Shown piece after piece: positions 37,031 to 49,035 of a stretch of 64,000 bases of DNA. Position 1 is the first letter of the stretch. Each line of letters opens with the position of its first letter. The notes under the pieces were generated by a model. The model ran no database searches. It saw only the letters and a program-made list of their open reading frames with translations, and was not told the DNA's origin. A program made the translations under genes and the position numbers. The DNA lies in the NCBI RefSeq assembly GCF_963921235.1, contig NC_086108.1, positions 43,774,001-43,838,000 on the forward strand. The letters run 5' to 3'. This DNA is from Mobula hypostoma. Taxonomy: Eukaryota.

Positions 37031-39379
37031 ATAAGCAACAGGACTTGTCCTTTTTTAAGAGTCCATAATAATTGTAACTAATTCATAAACAATAGTCTCT
37101 GCTCAAAATTACCATGTCACACCAAAAAGATTATCGCCAATTTGGGCACACACTCTCAAAAAGATTGGTCACCACCGCCCTAGGTGTTTACTTTTGGATA
37201 GCACAGGAATCCCAAAACCGACCAGCACCTGTGCTGAGAACTCCCAGAAGTTATCAGCAAAACCCAGGTCTATAATTCTAAGATTTGACATCAGCTCTTG
37301 ATTCCGAAATGAAAACAGAATATGTTGGAATCGCTTAGCAGGTCATGCAGCATTGACAGGAAGAGCAAGTGAGTTTCAGTTTCTGGTCTGAGACCTCAGG
37401 TCAGGTTTGCTTTTATAATTGATGCAAATTTCTGCCAAATCAGATATGCACCGAGCTATCTTGGTACTTCAACTTACAGATAATATTTTATTCTAATTGG
37501 TTTGATATCCCTATATGACGTTAATCATTCCCTATCCAAGAAGTTTAAAAATTGTGGTTGTAGTTCTTAATTCAGAATCATATTCGGAGGAAGTAAGAGG
37601 TCAGATATTTCCCACAGAGCATAAAAGAAAAATGTATTCTCAAACAACTCATCTTGGAAAGCCTTTGGGAGAGCACATCAACTCAAGGACACATAACAAA
37701 TTTAGGGGAATAGAAAAAAAAGCATACTTTATTTGACCTCAAACCTTGTTACGCAAATTCAGATCAGTTCAGCGTCATCTGAAAATATCCAAGGTATGTC
37801 ACCAAAATAGTTCCTAGTAGACCATTTTAAATACTTACCCCATCCTTGAATGATTTACTTTCTAATGTCAGTTTCAAATTTACTTTTTGCCAACTTAAAC
37901 TTATATCCACTATTGTTTTTAACATTAAATAGCCTTTTGCCTTTACCATATTTAGTTATTTAATACTGTATATATTGCAATGAAGTTCTCCATCACTTCA
38001 GAAATACAGCCTATCAGATTAGAGACCTTTTCTTTGTTCTTCTTCTCAATTTTGGTGGCTTGAAAGTGGTAACTGAAATTATATACAGTGGTCCAACTGT
38101 CTGAACAATAAATCGTAAACTACAGCATAATCTTTGTAGGCCTACATCACTAGATCTGTTTTTTTAAAAATAAGTTGCTTGACACTGAAAGTGATCAATT
38201 ACTGGCTAATTGTTAACAATTTCTAGGATGTCTATGTTGTCCATTGTTTTGTCTAAATCTTTGCATTTCATTTCTGTTTTACATATCTATTTATATCTAC
38301 GTACAAATTTGAAGCTTTTCAAATCATATTCACTACTCCTTAGAACTAGCCAGCAATTATAAAAGCTTACAATTGACAACTGACACAAGCATTTTATACA
38401 AATAAGAAACCACAGTGTCCATAAAATGATCCGTGTGGTAACCCACTGTCATAGAGTAGCTCCCACGTCTGAAACACAGTCTCTGTCATTCATATTACTT
38501 TTTAGCTAATTTCTTATCCTAAGCAATCAAATTAAGAATGCTTCTTAAAGAGCCTTAGTTTGAAACAGGGAGAATTTGAGAGCGAGAGAATTTGTGTGTG
38601 TGGGGGGGGGGGGGGAGAGAGAGAGAAAAAATAAAATTACATAAAAGATATTTGAACACAGAAGTTCTTTTAATTTACATCCAATTTATCAAAACTTAAT
38701 AGCATCAACAAATAAAAACTGAAAAGGCCAGAAGCACTCAGCAGATCACACAGTATCTGTGAAAATAGAAATAGAGCTAACATTTCGGCCACAATCCTAC
38801 GTTCTTCTCACAGATGTGCTTGACCTGTTATGCATTTCCAATATTTTGTTTCTATTTCAGATTTCTATCTCATGCAGTTATTTTGATTGTCATTTAGCAT
38901 ACTTTCTTTCCTACCTAACCATGTGCCATCAGCAAATTTAGCAACCTTTAGTCCTTCATTCAAATTAGTTTTATAAATGGATAAAAGTTGAGGCCCCATA
39001 TCCAATCACACCACTTATTACACCTCAACAACCAGAAAATGTTGCATCTTTCCCTTCTGTTAGTCGGTGAATTTTCTATCCAGGGAAACTGTAGGTGCTA
39101 GACTATGGAATAATATGGAAGAACACAGCTGGTCAAGCAACATCTGTGGAAGCAAAAAGAAACATTGATGTTTCAGACTGTGATACTGTGAGTCTGCATC
39201 AGGACTGAGAAAGAAGAGGGAAGATTGCCAGTATACAGCATGTTAACTCAGAGGCTGGTAGGTGGCATCTGAAAATAGATGAAATTTGGGGGGGGGGAGG
39301 GGGCGGTGGTGGAGGAAAATTATGGGTAGTTGGAACCAGGTGGAGAAAAAGGAGTGGAAAAGATAAAGCAAAGGAGAAG

Positions 39380-39666
39380 CCACACACATCAAAGTTGCTG
39401 GTGAACGCAGCAGGCCAGGCAGCATCTCTAGGAAGAGGTACAGTCGACGTTTCAGGCCGAGACCCTTTGTCAGGACTAACTGAAGGAAGAGTTAGTAAGA
39501 GATTTGAAAGTTGCTCTAACTCTTCCTTCAGTTAGTCCTGATGAAGGGTCTCGGCCTGAAACGTCGACTGTACCTCTTCCTAGAGATGCTGCCTGGCCTG
39601 CTGCGTTCACCAGCAACTTTGATGTGTGTTGCTTGAATTTCCAGCATCTGCAGAATTCCTGTTGTG
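39380..39666. mobile_element. Head-to-head inverted pair of PLE terminal repeats (near-perfect palindrome) with ~14-bp TSD
   Basis: Arms 39382-39495 and 39516-39629 are reverse complements differing at 2 nt; flanks AAGCAAAGGAGAAG (39366-39379) and AAGCAAAGGAAAAG (39667-39680). Confidence 0.9.
39533..39570 (+). ncRNA. Minimal type-I hammerhead ribozyme motif, intact core
   Basis: UAGUC-CUGAUGA-AGGGUCUCGGCCU-GAAAC-GUC^GACUG: stem I UAGUC/GACUG, conserved CUGANGA and GAAA cores, palindromic ACGU in place of stem III; predicted cleavage after 39565. Confidence 0.75.
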
Positions 39667-41339
39667 AAGCAAAGGAAAAGAAAGCTAGGTGGACAGGTAG
39701 GTGTATGTGGGAAAATAACTTTTGAAGCTGTGGGTTATGTGAAAATGGAAAATACTTCTCTTTCCTCTCAGTCCTAATGCAGGCTCTTGACCTGAAATGT
39801 TGACGTACAACTTTTGTTTTTCCTTCCACAGATGCTGCTTGACTGTCTGGGATCTTCCAGCATTCTTTTATTTCTGTTTCTGTCCTTGGTGGTGTTACCT
39901 CCCACAGGAAAGGCTTCCATTTTCCTCAATAACCTTTTCAAATACTTTCTGGGAATCATAGCATAGCCACAGGTTCTTCTTTATTCACAACATATGTTAT
40001 GCAAAGAACTGTAGTATATTAAAGAAGAGATTTCCCTTCACAAAACCACATGGACTTTATGAATTACTTTGAACTTTCCTAGTGCCCTGCAATGATACCT
40101 TTAATTCTTATTTATTCTCATCAACATATGAACAGGTAACTGGCTTGTAGCATTTCTGCTTTCTAACTTCTTCCCTTTTTGAATAAAGGAGTTATATAGA
40201 ACAGTACTGCACAGGAACAGACCTATGGCCCCACCCCACCCAATGCTGAGCCAAATTAATAAAGATATGTTATTAAACTGATGTATTCTGACTGCCCATG
40301 GTCTCTATCTCTCCATATTCATGTGTTTATCTATGAGCCTCTCAAATGCCTTTTTTGTATCTGCCTCCACCACTGTCCCAGGCAGCGTATTTCAGACACC
40401 CACCACAATCTGTGTAGTAAAAAAGACCTGGAATGGCTCCCCGCCCCCCATTTGATAGAACTTTCCCCAAATCTAGGACATTTTGGGAAATTAAAACCAA
40501 ATCATCAGCTATTCACTAATTCATAAAAGCTGTCAAAAACTGCTGATGCTAGAAATCTGAAATAAAACAAATAAGAGTTTGGTTAATAACCATTAGTCAG
40601 AACTAGGCTGATCTCCGAACTAGATCTCTGATCTGAAATATAAATTCTGTTTCCCTGTCCACAGATGCTTCCTGACCTGCTGAGTGATTCCAGCACTTCT
40701 GTTTTCATCTCTCTGCTTCCTTCTCTTAAGACCCTATGATGATGTCTATCAGAGGTTTACCAGCCTACTGATGCAACATCTTGTTTAGTTTCATCAACCT
40801 GGCAATTATATTTTTCCTGAGTTCCTCCCTCTCGTCTGATTTCTGATTTAACTCTTTCTGAGAAGTTATTAGAATGCAGAAATATCCCCGGAGAAGGTCA
40901 AATGGTTAGTGATGCAACTTGTAACAGTATATGGGGAAAAAAAGGCTTAAAATGCTCTGTTTACAGGAGGAAAAGTACCTAAAATATTTTCTTAATTGCA
41001 ACTCTAGCAGGTAAATATATTGCTCTCTATTGCTAGAAGCTAAAGACAGACTTTGGACCTAGATAAAAAGCAAAAAAAAAAAAAAAATGCGATTCAGGAA
41101 TAAATTCAAGAAATTACATTGTCTTAGGGAAACTGAATCAGACACAATAACACACTAGAATCCTAAAGGAAACAAAATACGTGATTTTTTGACTGATTTC
41201 CACCACTTCATCAGTTTGTTTGCTCATAAAATCAGAGAACAATTCACATAGTCTGAGTCTTCTTCACTTGTAGTCATTTTTTCATGTGTAAATTCAGCAC
41301 CTGGGATATATGCGCCTCTAATTTTTGAACCTGTTAGTA

Positions 41340-41610
41340 TTAATCACTCATGGCCATACCTTCAATGTCAAGGCGCTATCTTCTGGAACTTAAACCCCCT
41401 AAATCTATCTTCATACTTAACCTTATCTGCAACTCTTTCCTACTTTTAAGATGATCCTTAAAACTTAAATGCTGAACTCAATACATTCTTAAATATCTTT
41501 GCACCTGTCTGATTTTGTGTAATAATGCCCCTCTGGGGCATCTTAGGACTTTCTACTATGTTAATTAATTAATTAATTAATTAATTGAAAAGCAAGTTGC
41601 TTTTGTTACA
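41340..41610 (+). mobile_element. Ancient L2-type LINE 3' end with an expanded (TTAA)n run
   Basis: TTTTAAGATGATCCTTAAAAC...TACTATGTTAA...GCAAGTTG resembles L2 3' ends; (TTAA)6TT at 41561-41586. Confidence 0.45.
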
Positions 41611-42944
41611 TGGGCCTAAGTCCTGCAGTGAGGAATCAAACAGAAAACTATTGATTAGGACCAATACACAAATTCATTTTGATTTTATGCCAATACATAC
41701 ATAGTTAGAATATAGCTTTAAAAACAAAAAGTACAATGGTAATGAAAACCTCACAAATTTAAGTGAATATCTCAATAGTGGATTTAGTGTCCTTGCTGAA
41801 TGCGATGTAGATGGCATTTTGGTGAAATTTGAAAATTGTGAACCTTGGAGAATTCTGAAATGTCTAGTGTTAATGGAAAATTAAACACTGCTTAACCGTT
41901 AAATAACAACTAGCTTGTCAGTACAGGATTCTAATGGAAGTTTATTCAAAGTACGAGTCAGAAATACTAAGTACTGAGACATTTTGAACTTTCTCTCGTG
42001 CTGCAGAAAACATATGTAAACTGTTCTACTTAAAGAGTTAGTGTTTCCTACAAGGAACTAACGTTTTCCATTAAGCAACTTAACAAGTGTCAGATAAGCA
42101 TACGGTTAAGAGTGATCTGCTCGGGCACCTATAAATCCATCATTTTTCCAATCTACACTGACTTCCATCTTCCAATGCCTCAAATTCACCTTTACATCCC
42201 TTCATGGCTGCACTTTTCACTATCTTTGCAACCACCTGCTATTCCTCTAATATTGGCTTCTTACACAGCCCCTTTCCACACTTCGTTTCACAATAACAGC
42301 TGTGCTTTCAGCCATACAGATCATGTTCTCAGGCTGTTTGCTTAAATGTCCACCTCTACAGCTTCCATCATACCAAAAAGAATTTCAGGATATATATTGT
42401 ATACACTTCTCTGACATTAAATGTACCTATTGAAGTCTCTCTTAAAAATCACATATGCAAGCTTAGGGTTTGGGTATGGAGTCAATGCATACTAAGTAAC
42501 TAATTATTCCACGGAACCCCTGGCTATAGTGAGGTTGGGATTATGGGGATATGGGTTGATGCACCAGCTGATGCAGCTGCCTCACAACTCCAGGGAACAG
42601 TGCTTAGTTTGCATGATTTCCAGTGACTGCATCCACTTCCAGCAGTTGCAGGTTTCCTTGCACATTCAAAAGATGTTCTGGTAAATTAATTGGTAGATGT
42701 GAATTACCACTTAGTGTAAGGCAAAGATCAATGGGAGTTGGCGAGTGTATGAAAATTGGAGGGCTATTTGGAAATTGGTGGGGCAGTGAATACGATGAAA
42801 TTGCTCTAAAGGGAACTGGCATGAGTCAAATTACTTCCTTTTGCATCATAATTGGCTGAATAGTGTAGATTATAAGATTACATAAATGGACGAGCTTTTT
42901 GCATCACTGATAGCCAAAAAAACATTTTCTGTTGGAGGTTAATC

Positions 42945-43477
42945 AGCAATCTTTTTAGACAACCTTGCACTCAATGTCAGTAAGACCAAGAAATTGATTG
43001 TGTACTTCACAAAGGGAAAGTTGAGGGAACACACACTAGTCCTTTTCGAGGGATCAGCATTGGAAAGGCTGAGCAGTTTCAAGTTTTTGGGTGTCAACAT
43101 CTCTGAAGATCTATCGTGGGCCCAACGTATTGTTGCGATTACAAAGGCAACGGCTATATTTCATCAGGAGTTTGAGGAGACTTGATATGTCACCAAAGAC
43201 TCTCACAAATTTGTACAGACATATCATGGAAGGCATTCTAATTGGTTGCATCACCATTTGGCATGCAAGTGCCACTGCACAGGATCAGAAAACGCTGCAG
43301 AAAGTTGTAAGCTTTGTCAGCTCCATCATGGGTTCTAACCTCTCCAGCATTCAGGACACTTTCAAAAGGCGACGTCTCAAAAAGGTGGCATCCATCATTA
43401 TAGACCGTCATCACCCAGGACATGCCCTCTCCTCACTTCCTCACTGTTTCCATCACAGAGAAGGTACAGGAGCCTGA

Positions 43478-43510
<33 letters not shown>

Positions 43511-43745
43511 CACACACACACACAATGTTTTAGGACCATCTTCTTCCCCTCTGTCATCAGATTTCTGAACCAACAGTGAACCCGTGCTCACTACCTCACT
43601 TTTTTGCTCTCTTTTTGCACTACTTATTTAATTGTTATATATACTTACTGTAATTTAAAGTTCTTTTATTACGTATGGCAATGTAGTGCTGCCGCAAAAC
43701 AACAAATTTTATGACATATGCCAGTTATATTAAACCTGATTCCGA
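42945..43745 (+). mobile_element. Rex1/Babar LINE 3' fragment with internal (GA)n(CA)n microsatellite
   Basis: SSFKFLGVNISEDLSW, QRLYFIRSLRRL..YRHIMEGILIGCITIW; microsatellite ~43479-43524. Confidence 0.8.
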
Positions 43746-44541
43746 ATCATAGGATTAAATGCATAATTCTATATCTAATGTTTTAAAAGCAGAGACATAC
43801 TATTTGGTACTGGTTTAAGACTTTAAGATGACAAGGCAAGATTTTGCAAATGAAGGGTCATTGTGGATGGTATGTTAACAAGTCTTCAGAATACTGGAAT
43901 TAGAACATAAATATACTGTACAGTATCCAGCTCTAATATCAATAATCAAATTCTACTACGACATTTGTATGATCATGACTAACTCTAGTTTTCACCATCC
44001 TCTTTGCCCAGGGTATTCTTTTCATATCCTTTTCGTAGGCATCTTCAAACATCACCTGCCTTTGTGCCATTCATGTCTGTGAGAAACTGCTTCCCTACTC
44101 AAACAATGGAATCCAATTTAGCAGGTATCAGTACCCAACCCCCCAAATAAAAACCTTTCTCAGTTGTATGCTTAAACTTTAACTTATCCTGCAATAACTA
44201 ACTATTAGGTCATACAGTGTAGGATAAAATCATTTGACTCATGTGGTGTGAGCCAGTTCCTTAAAATACAATTTGTTTTTTACCCATATACAAATGTTCC
44301 TTTTTCAATATGGAGTCATACAAGCTTGCAGCAAGACTTTCCAAAAAGGGGACAACGTTCAACTGCAGTCTATTAAGGAGTGCTGCTACAAATGGGAGAA
44401 CCACAGAGAGAAGTAGTTCTGGGACACTGTGTTAAAAAATGAGCGTATATCAAACAGTCTCTGTACTAACTTGATCCTAATGGAGACTTACTAACACTTT
44501 AATGTAAAATACTCAATTCCCAACACTAATAGATTCGGCAA

Positions 44542-44547
44542 TTTATT
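44542..44547 (-). promoter_or_regulatory. Candidate DPH5 polyadenylation signal AATAAA
   Basis: First AATAAA seen downstream of the DPH5 stop codon, about 200 nt away; usage not verified. Confidence 0.5.
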
Positions 44548-44742
44548 TCATATACACTAAAGAAAGATTCCAGATACTGGAAACATTAGGAGGTTAGCCT
44601 GCAACTGAGCATACAACAAACCTTTGACAATTAAGAGATAGCTTTAACAGTTCTTTTAAAAGGCAATCCAGCTTTTTTCTCCACTTATAAAGGAGCATAA
44701 AACTGAACAGCTGAGACCTGAAATTGCAGGTTAATTGTTTCA

Positions 44743-44966
44743 CTATGATTTCATATGTTGATCAAGTTTATTAAAACTTGAATTATCCACAGCGAAGAGT
44801 TTCAGCATCTCAATTTCCATAGGATGCATATGGCCTGTAATGATCAGGGAATGTAGAGGAGCACCTAGATCCACCTTCACCATCTGTTGTAGTGTTGCAG
44901 CAGCAATCTTTTGGTCTTTGGAACCCACTCTGGCTAGTCCGACACACAAGGTCTCTTCAGTCAGTG
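44743..44966 (-). CDS. DPH5: Diphthine methyl ester synthase, last coding exon
   Basis: (A)LTEETLCVGLARVGSKDQKIAAATLQQMVKVDLGAPLHSLIITGHMHPMEIEMLKLF...* matches the vertebrate DPH5 C-terminus; acceptor tttctctaatttag; phase 1 fits the preceding exon. Confidence 0.95.
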
Positions 44967-45474
44967 CTAAATTAGAGAAAGACAGAACATCAGACAATTA
45001 GACACAAAAATACATTCAGCATTTTCAAATCTGAAATACTCTCACCTTTAGGCACAGATTTTAATGTGATGTACCTTACATAAACTTTGTAGTTGTACCA
45101 TAAGACAGTTTCAGTGCATTTCCTGCCCTATCCTCTCCAAAGACTGAATCTGTCCCTGTAGGCATTTGTCTGGTGGAACAGGCATGTTCATCATTAGTAT
45201 GTGCAAGTCAGAGTTTAAAAAATGTATTATCATATAATTTAGAGTATAACATCCTCTTAACTGGGACAATGTATCCAATTAAAAGGATTAGCAGACCTGG
45301 AGATGATGTAAAAAAAATTTTAAAAAGATACCTTGAACAGTACTCTTCCTTGTTCTTCTGTATTTTAATCTTTATTAAAAAACACTAAAACTAACAAAGT
45401 CAATTTCATAATAAAATACTGAGAATACAGATCTAAGAGCCCCAGTGAAATGAAGCTTTTCTGGTGAGTCACTG

Positions 45475-46880
45475 AAACATACAGCACAGAAGTGTGACTT
45501 CACAGATAACCTGACCCATGCTGACCATGATCCAATCTGCCTGCACCAGGTCTATGTCTACTATTCACTTCCTATCCATGCAGCTACCCAAATGTCTTAT
45601 AAATGTTGTAATGGTATCAACATACATTACTTTCTCTGGCAGCTCATTCAAATATTCAGCACCCTCTGTGCAAAAAGTCTACTCCACAGATTTCCTTTGA
45701 ATTTATTCCCTCTCACCTTAAACCTGTGCCCTCCTGTCCTAGGAAAACTCTGACAATCTATGTCCCTCAATTTTGTGAACCTCTATAAGATCATCCCTTA
45801 GCCTCCTACATTCCAATGAGAATAAACCCAGTTTATCTAATTGCTCCTTATAATTCCATTCCTTCATCAGCAATATCCTTATAACTCTCTTCTGCACTTC
45901 TTCTATTGCCACATCTTCGCTGTTGTGATGGCCAGAACTGTACACAATACTACAATAGCACTCTCACCAATGCTTTGTACAGCTGCAACATAACATCCCA
46001 ACTCATACTCAGTACCACAGACTTTGCAGGTAAGCATACCAAAATGCCTTCTTCACTACCCTATCCACCAGTGTCACCACTTTCAGGGAGTTATGGACTT
46101 GCACTCCAAGGTCTTTTTTTTTTACAATTCTCTCTGGAGGGTCTTGCATTCACTGCAATTTGTCCTCCCAAAGTGCAATGACTGCACTTGCCTGGATTAA
46201 ATTTCATCTGCCATCACTCCATTCAAATTTCCAGCTGTCCACGTATGTTCTGCTGTATCTTTAAATTACCTTTGTTATCTAAAAGCCTACCAATTTTTGT
46301 GACATCTGCAGACATACTAATCACACCACATACTTTCTCATTTGTCACTTTGGGTTCGGGTTAGCAAGGTATCAGCACCGATCCCTGTTTTACCCCACTT
46401 GTTACAGACTTTCTGTCAGAAAAACACCTATCTTTCATCTCTATTTGCTGCCTTCTATCATCCAGCCAATTTTGGATCCAGTTTACCAACATGCCATAGA
46501 CACCGTCCACCTAAACTTTTCAGCCCAGCCTATCATGTGGGTTCTTGTCAAAAGTCTTATGAAAATCTACATACACATATCCACTGCTTTGCCTTCAGCA
46601 CTCTCCTTGGTAATCTACTCAAAAAACTCAAGCATATTTGTGAGACATGACTTTCCATCCACAAATCTATGCCTGATTCCTTTTAATCAGTCCCTACGTT
46701 TCCATATATTCTGTCTCTCAGAATCTTCTACCAACAGCTTCCCTACTATTAATATTCTGTAATATTCAACATTCTGGAATTTCAATGGTTAGCCCCAGTA
46801 CCCCTTTTGATCAAGGGGACAACATTTGCTGTCCTCCAGTCTTCTGGTACTTCACCCTTAGCTAATGAGGATACTGTCCC
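45475..46880 (-). mobile_element. Old CR1 LINE in the last DPH5 intron
   Basis: LGLFSLECRRLRDDLIEVHKI in ORF 45739-45945, plus decayed RT sequence upstream. Confidence 0.7.
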
Positions 46881-47482
46881 CAACTAACTGATTCCTCCTC
46901 TACTCTACCCTCAGCTCCATGAGTAAAGCCCTGCTCTGATTACCAACCATTCCTCTCCCTCATGACTTGCCAGAACTAGAACTGGTCCCCCTCACAGACC
47001 TGCCTGATACCATCCCTTGTGTGTTCAGCATCAATGCAGCGCACGTAGGAGATAGGTGAGGGTCATTCAGCAGAACTTCTTGTAATGGATCCATGACCAA
47101 AATGATTGCCGGTGTTCTGTGAAATGACCCATTAGCACATCTTCCCTGAAGCCAATGAATATCTTGGTCAACTTCTTTCCTTCTTAATGTACGTGAGGGT
47201 TACTGATATGCAGGGGGAATGACTTTGCTAACCTTGTTGACAAAATCTTCCCAGTGTATTTATGCCCTCACATACTGAGTCAAGATAGTTTTAAAAGCTG
47301 ATTTACTAAGCTCTTTCACATGGCCAGACTTTATGTGAGTTTCATGGAAAGAAAAAGAGTTAATGCATCACGCTGAAGACAAGTGGCCCCTTTCCACAGA
47401 TACTGTCTAATCTACTGAAAGCTTCCAGCAATTTTAGCTTTTATTTCAGATTTTCAATATCAGCAGCTTTTTGATGGTCATT

Positions 47483-47795
47483 GTGTTGGCGCGTGGCCAA
47501 GTGGTTAAGGCGTCGGTCTAGTGATCTGAAGGCTGCTAGTTCCAGCCTCAGCTGAGGCAGCATGTTGTGTCCTTGAGCAAGGCACTTAACCACACATTGC
47601 TCTGCGATGACATCAGTGCCAAGCTGTATCAGTCCTAGTGCCCTTCCCTTGGACAATATCAGTGGCGTGGAGAGGGGAGACTTGCAGCATTTGCAACTGC
47701 CGGTCTTCCATACAACCTTGCCCAGGCCTGCGCCCTGGAGACCTTCCGAGGCGCAAATCCATGGTTTTACCAGACTAACAGATGCCTATTATATT
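47483..47795 (+). mobile_element. tRNA-derived SINE with CORE-like central domain
   Basis: A-box TGGCCAAGTGG (47494-47504), B-box-like AGTTCCAGCC, CORE-like TGTGTCCTTGAGCAAGGCACTTAACC, CpG retained. Confidence 0.75.
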
Positions 47796-48542
47796 ACTAT
47801 CCCTTTCATCTTATGATCCAGACATAGGGTTTGGCACCAAGATTCAAGTAAAATTACATGCAAATATGACTTTTTAAATAATGTATCAAAATAAAATGTT
47901 AATGTGACAGGAAATGGATCTTGTGTTTTTTCGTCACATCTGCCACATGTTAATATGTGTAACATTAGAGTGCAATACTGACCATCTCAATGTGTTGGTT
48001 TTAATTACAATGGGATCTTTGCAGCCTGATTGGGTTTATTTGGTCACATAATATGAGTACATTTTCAATGAAAATTAGATGAAAATATTCAAATAGTTTA
48101 CTCGAAGCCTAGTCAAATGATTTTAAAAAATATTTTTGAGATGATGAGCTACTGACGACGATCACGATCAAAGATAATCCTCATTGTTTGCAGTTTCCGA
48201 AGAACTGCAGCTTGACAAGTTACACAGAGAATTTGTGAAAATTGGCAGAGCTGTTTACATAAGGGATCATAAGTGTTTAGAAATGAACAGGATGGGAATC
48301 CAACTCAGAAAGTTTGCTTCCTATAAGCTGCAATGACAGGAAATGGTTCACATTTGCACTTCTAAGTGACTTGGGGGAAGTGAAGTGTTAAGGCTGACAA
48401 AACATTGCATCAGAAGAAAGACAGGCTAAGCATGGGAAAAATAATGAACATATTTATGTTGGAACTTTCTGACCTAAACCAATTAGGGCATTGTCATTTG
48501 ACAACAATCAATGATTAAATATTACAATGATGTTGGTTTAAA

Positions 48543-49035
48543 GGACAAATATTGGCCACCACACCAAGAAAACCCCTTCTTCTAATTGTAGTGCCAAGGA
48601 TTCTTCCGTATGTACTTGAAAGAGTAGACTGGGTCTGGGTTTGAAGACATAAGAGACTGCAGATGCTGGAATTGGGAACAAAAAAATACACTGGAATAAC
48701 CCAGGGGACAGGCAACATCTGTGAAAACAAGTGATGAACCTGTGGAATTCATTGCCACGGACAGCTGGGTATATTTAAGTCATTGGGTATATTTAAATGG
48801 AAGTTGATAAGGTTAAATCAGCCACGATTGAATGGCAGAGCAGACGCAATGGGCCAAATGGCTTAATTTGTTTCTATGTCTTATGGTCTAAGTCTGATGT
48901 CGATGTTTCAGGTCAAGACTCTGCATCATGACTAGGTTTAATATCTCATCTAAAAGTCGATACCATTAATAGAAGAGCACTCTTTCATTACTGCACTGAA
49001 AGGTCAGTCTGGGTTATGGACAAAGTTCTGCAGAA
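48543..49035 (-). mobile_element. Ancient DeuSINE-like element (AmnSINE1/SacSINE1-type Deu domain), interrupted at 48643-48934
   Basis: AAATATTGGCCA..ACACC...TAGTGCCA..GGAT...GGTTTAA..TCTCATC..AAAG...GCACTC..TCA.TACTGCACTG..GTCAG resembles the Deu domain (recalled consensus, not aligned); insert flanked by GGTTT/GGTTT. Confidence 0.55.

Noticed and set aside
47483..47560. tRNA gene (also 51790-51875)
   Set aside because: A/B boxes are present but there is no complete cloverleaf, and SINE body and tail follow.
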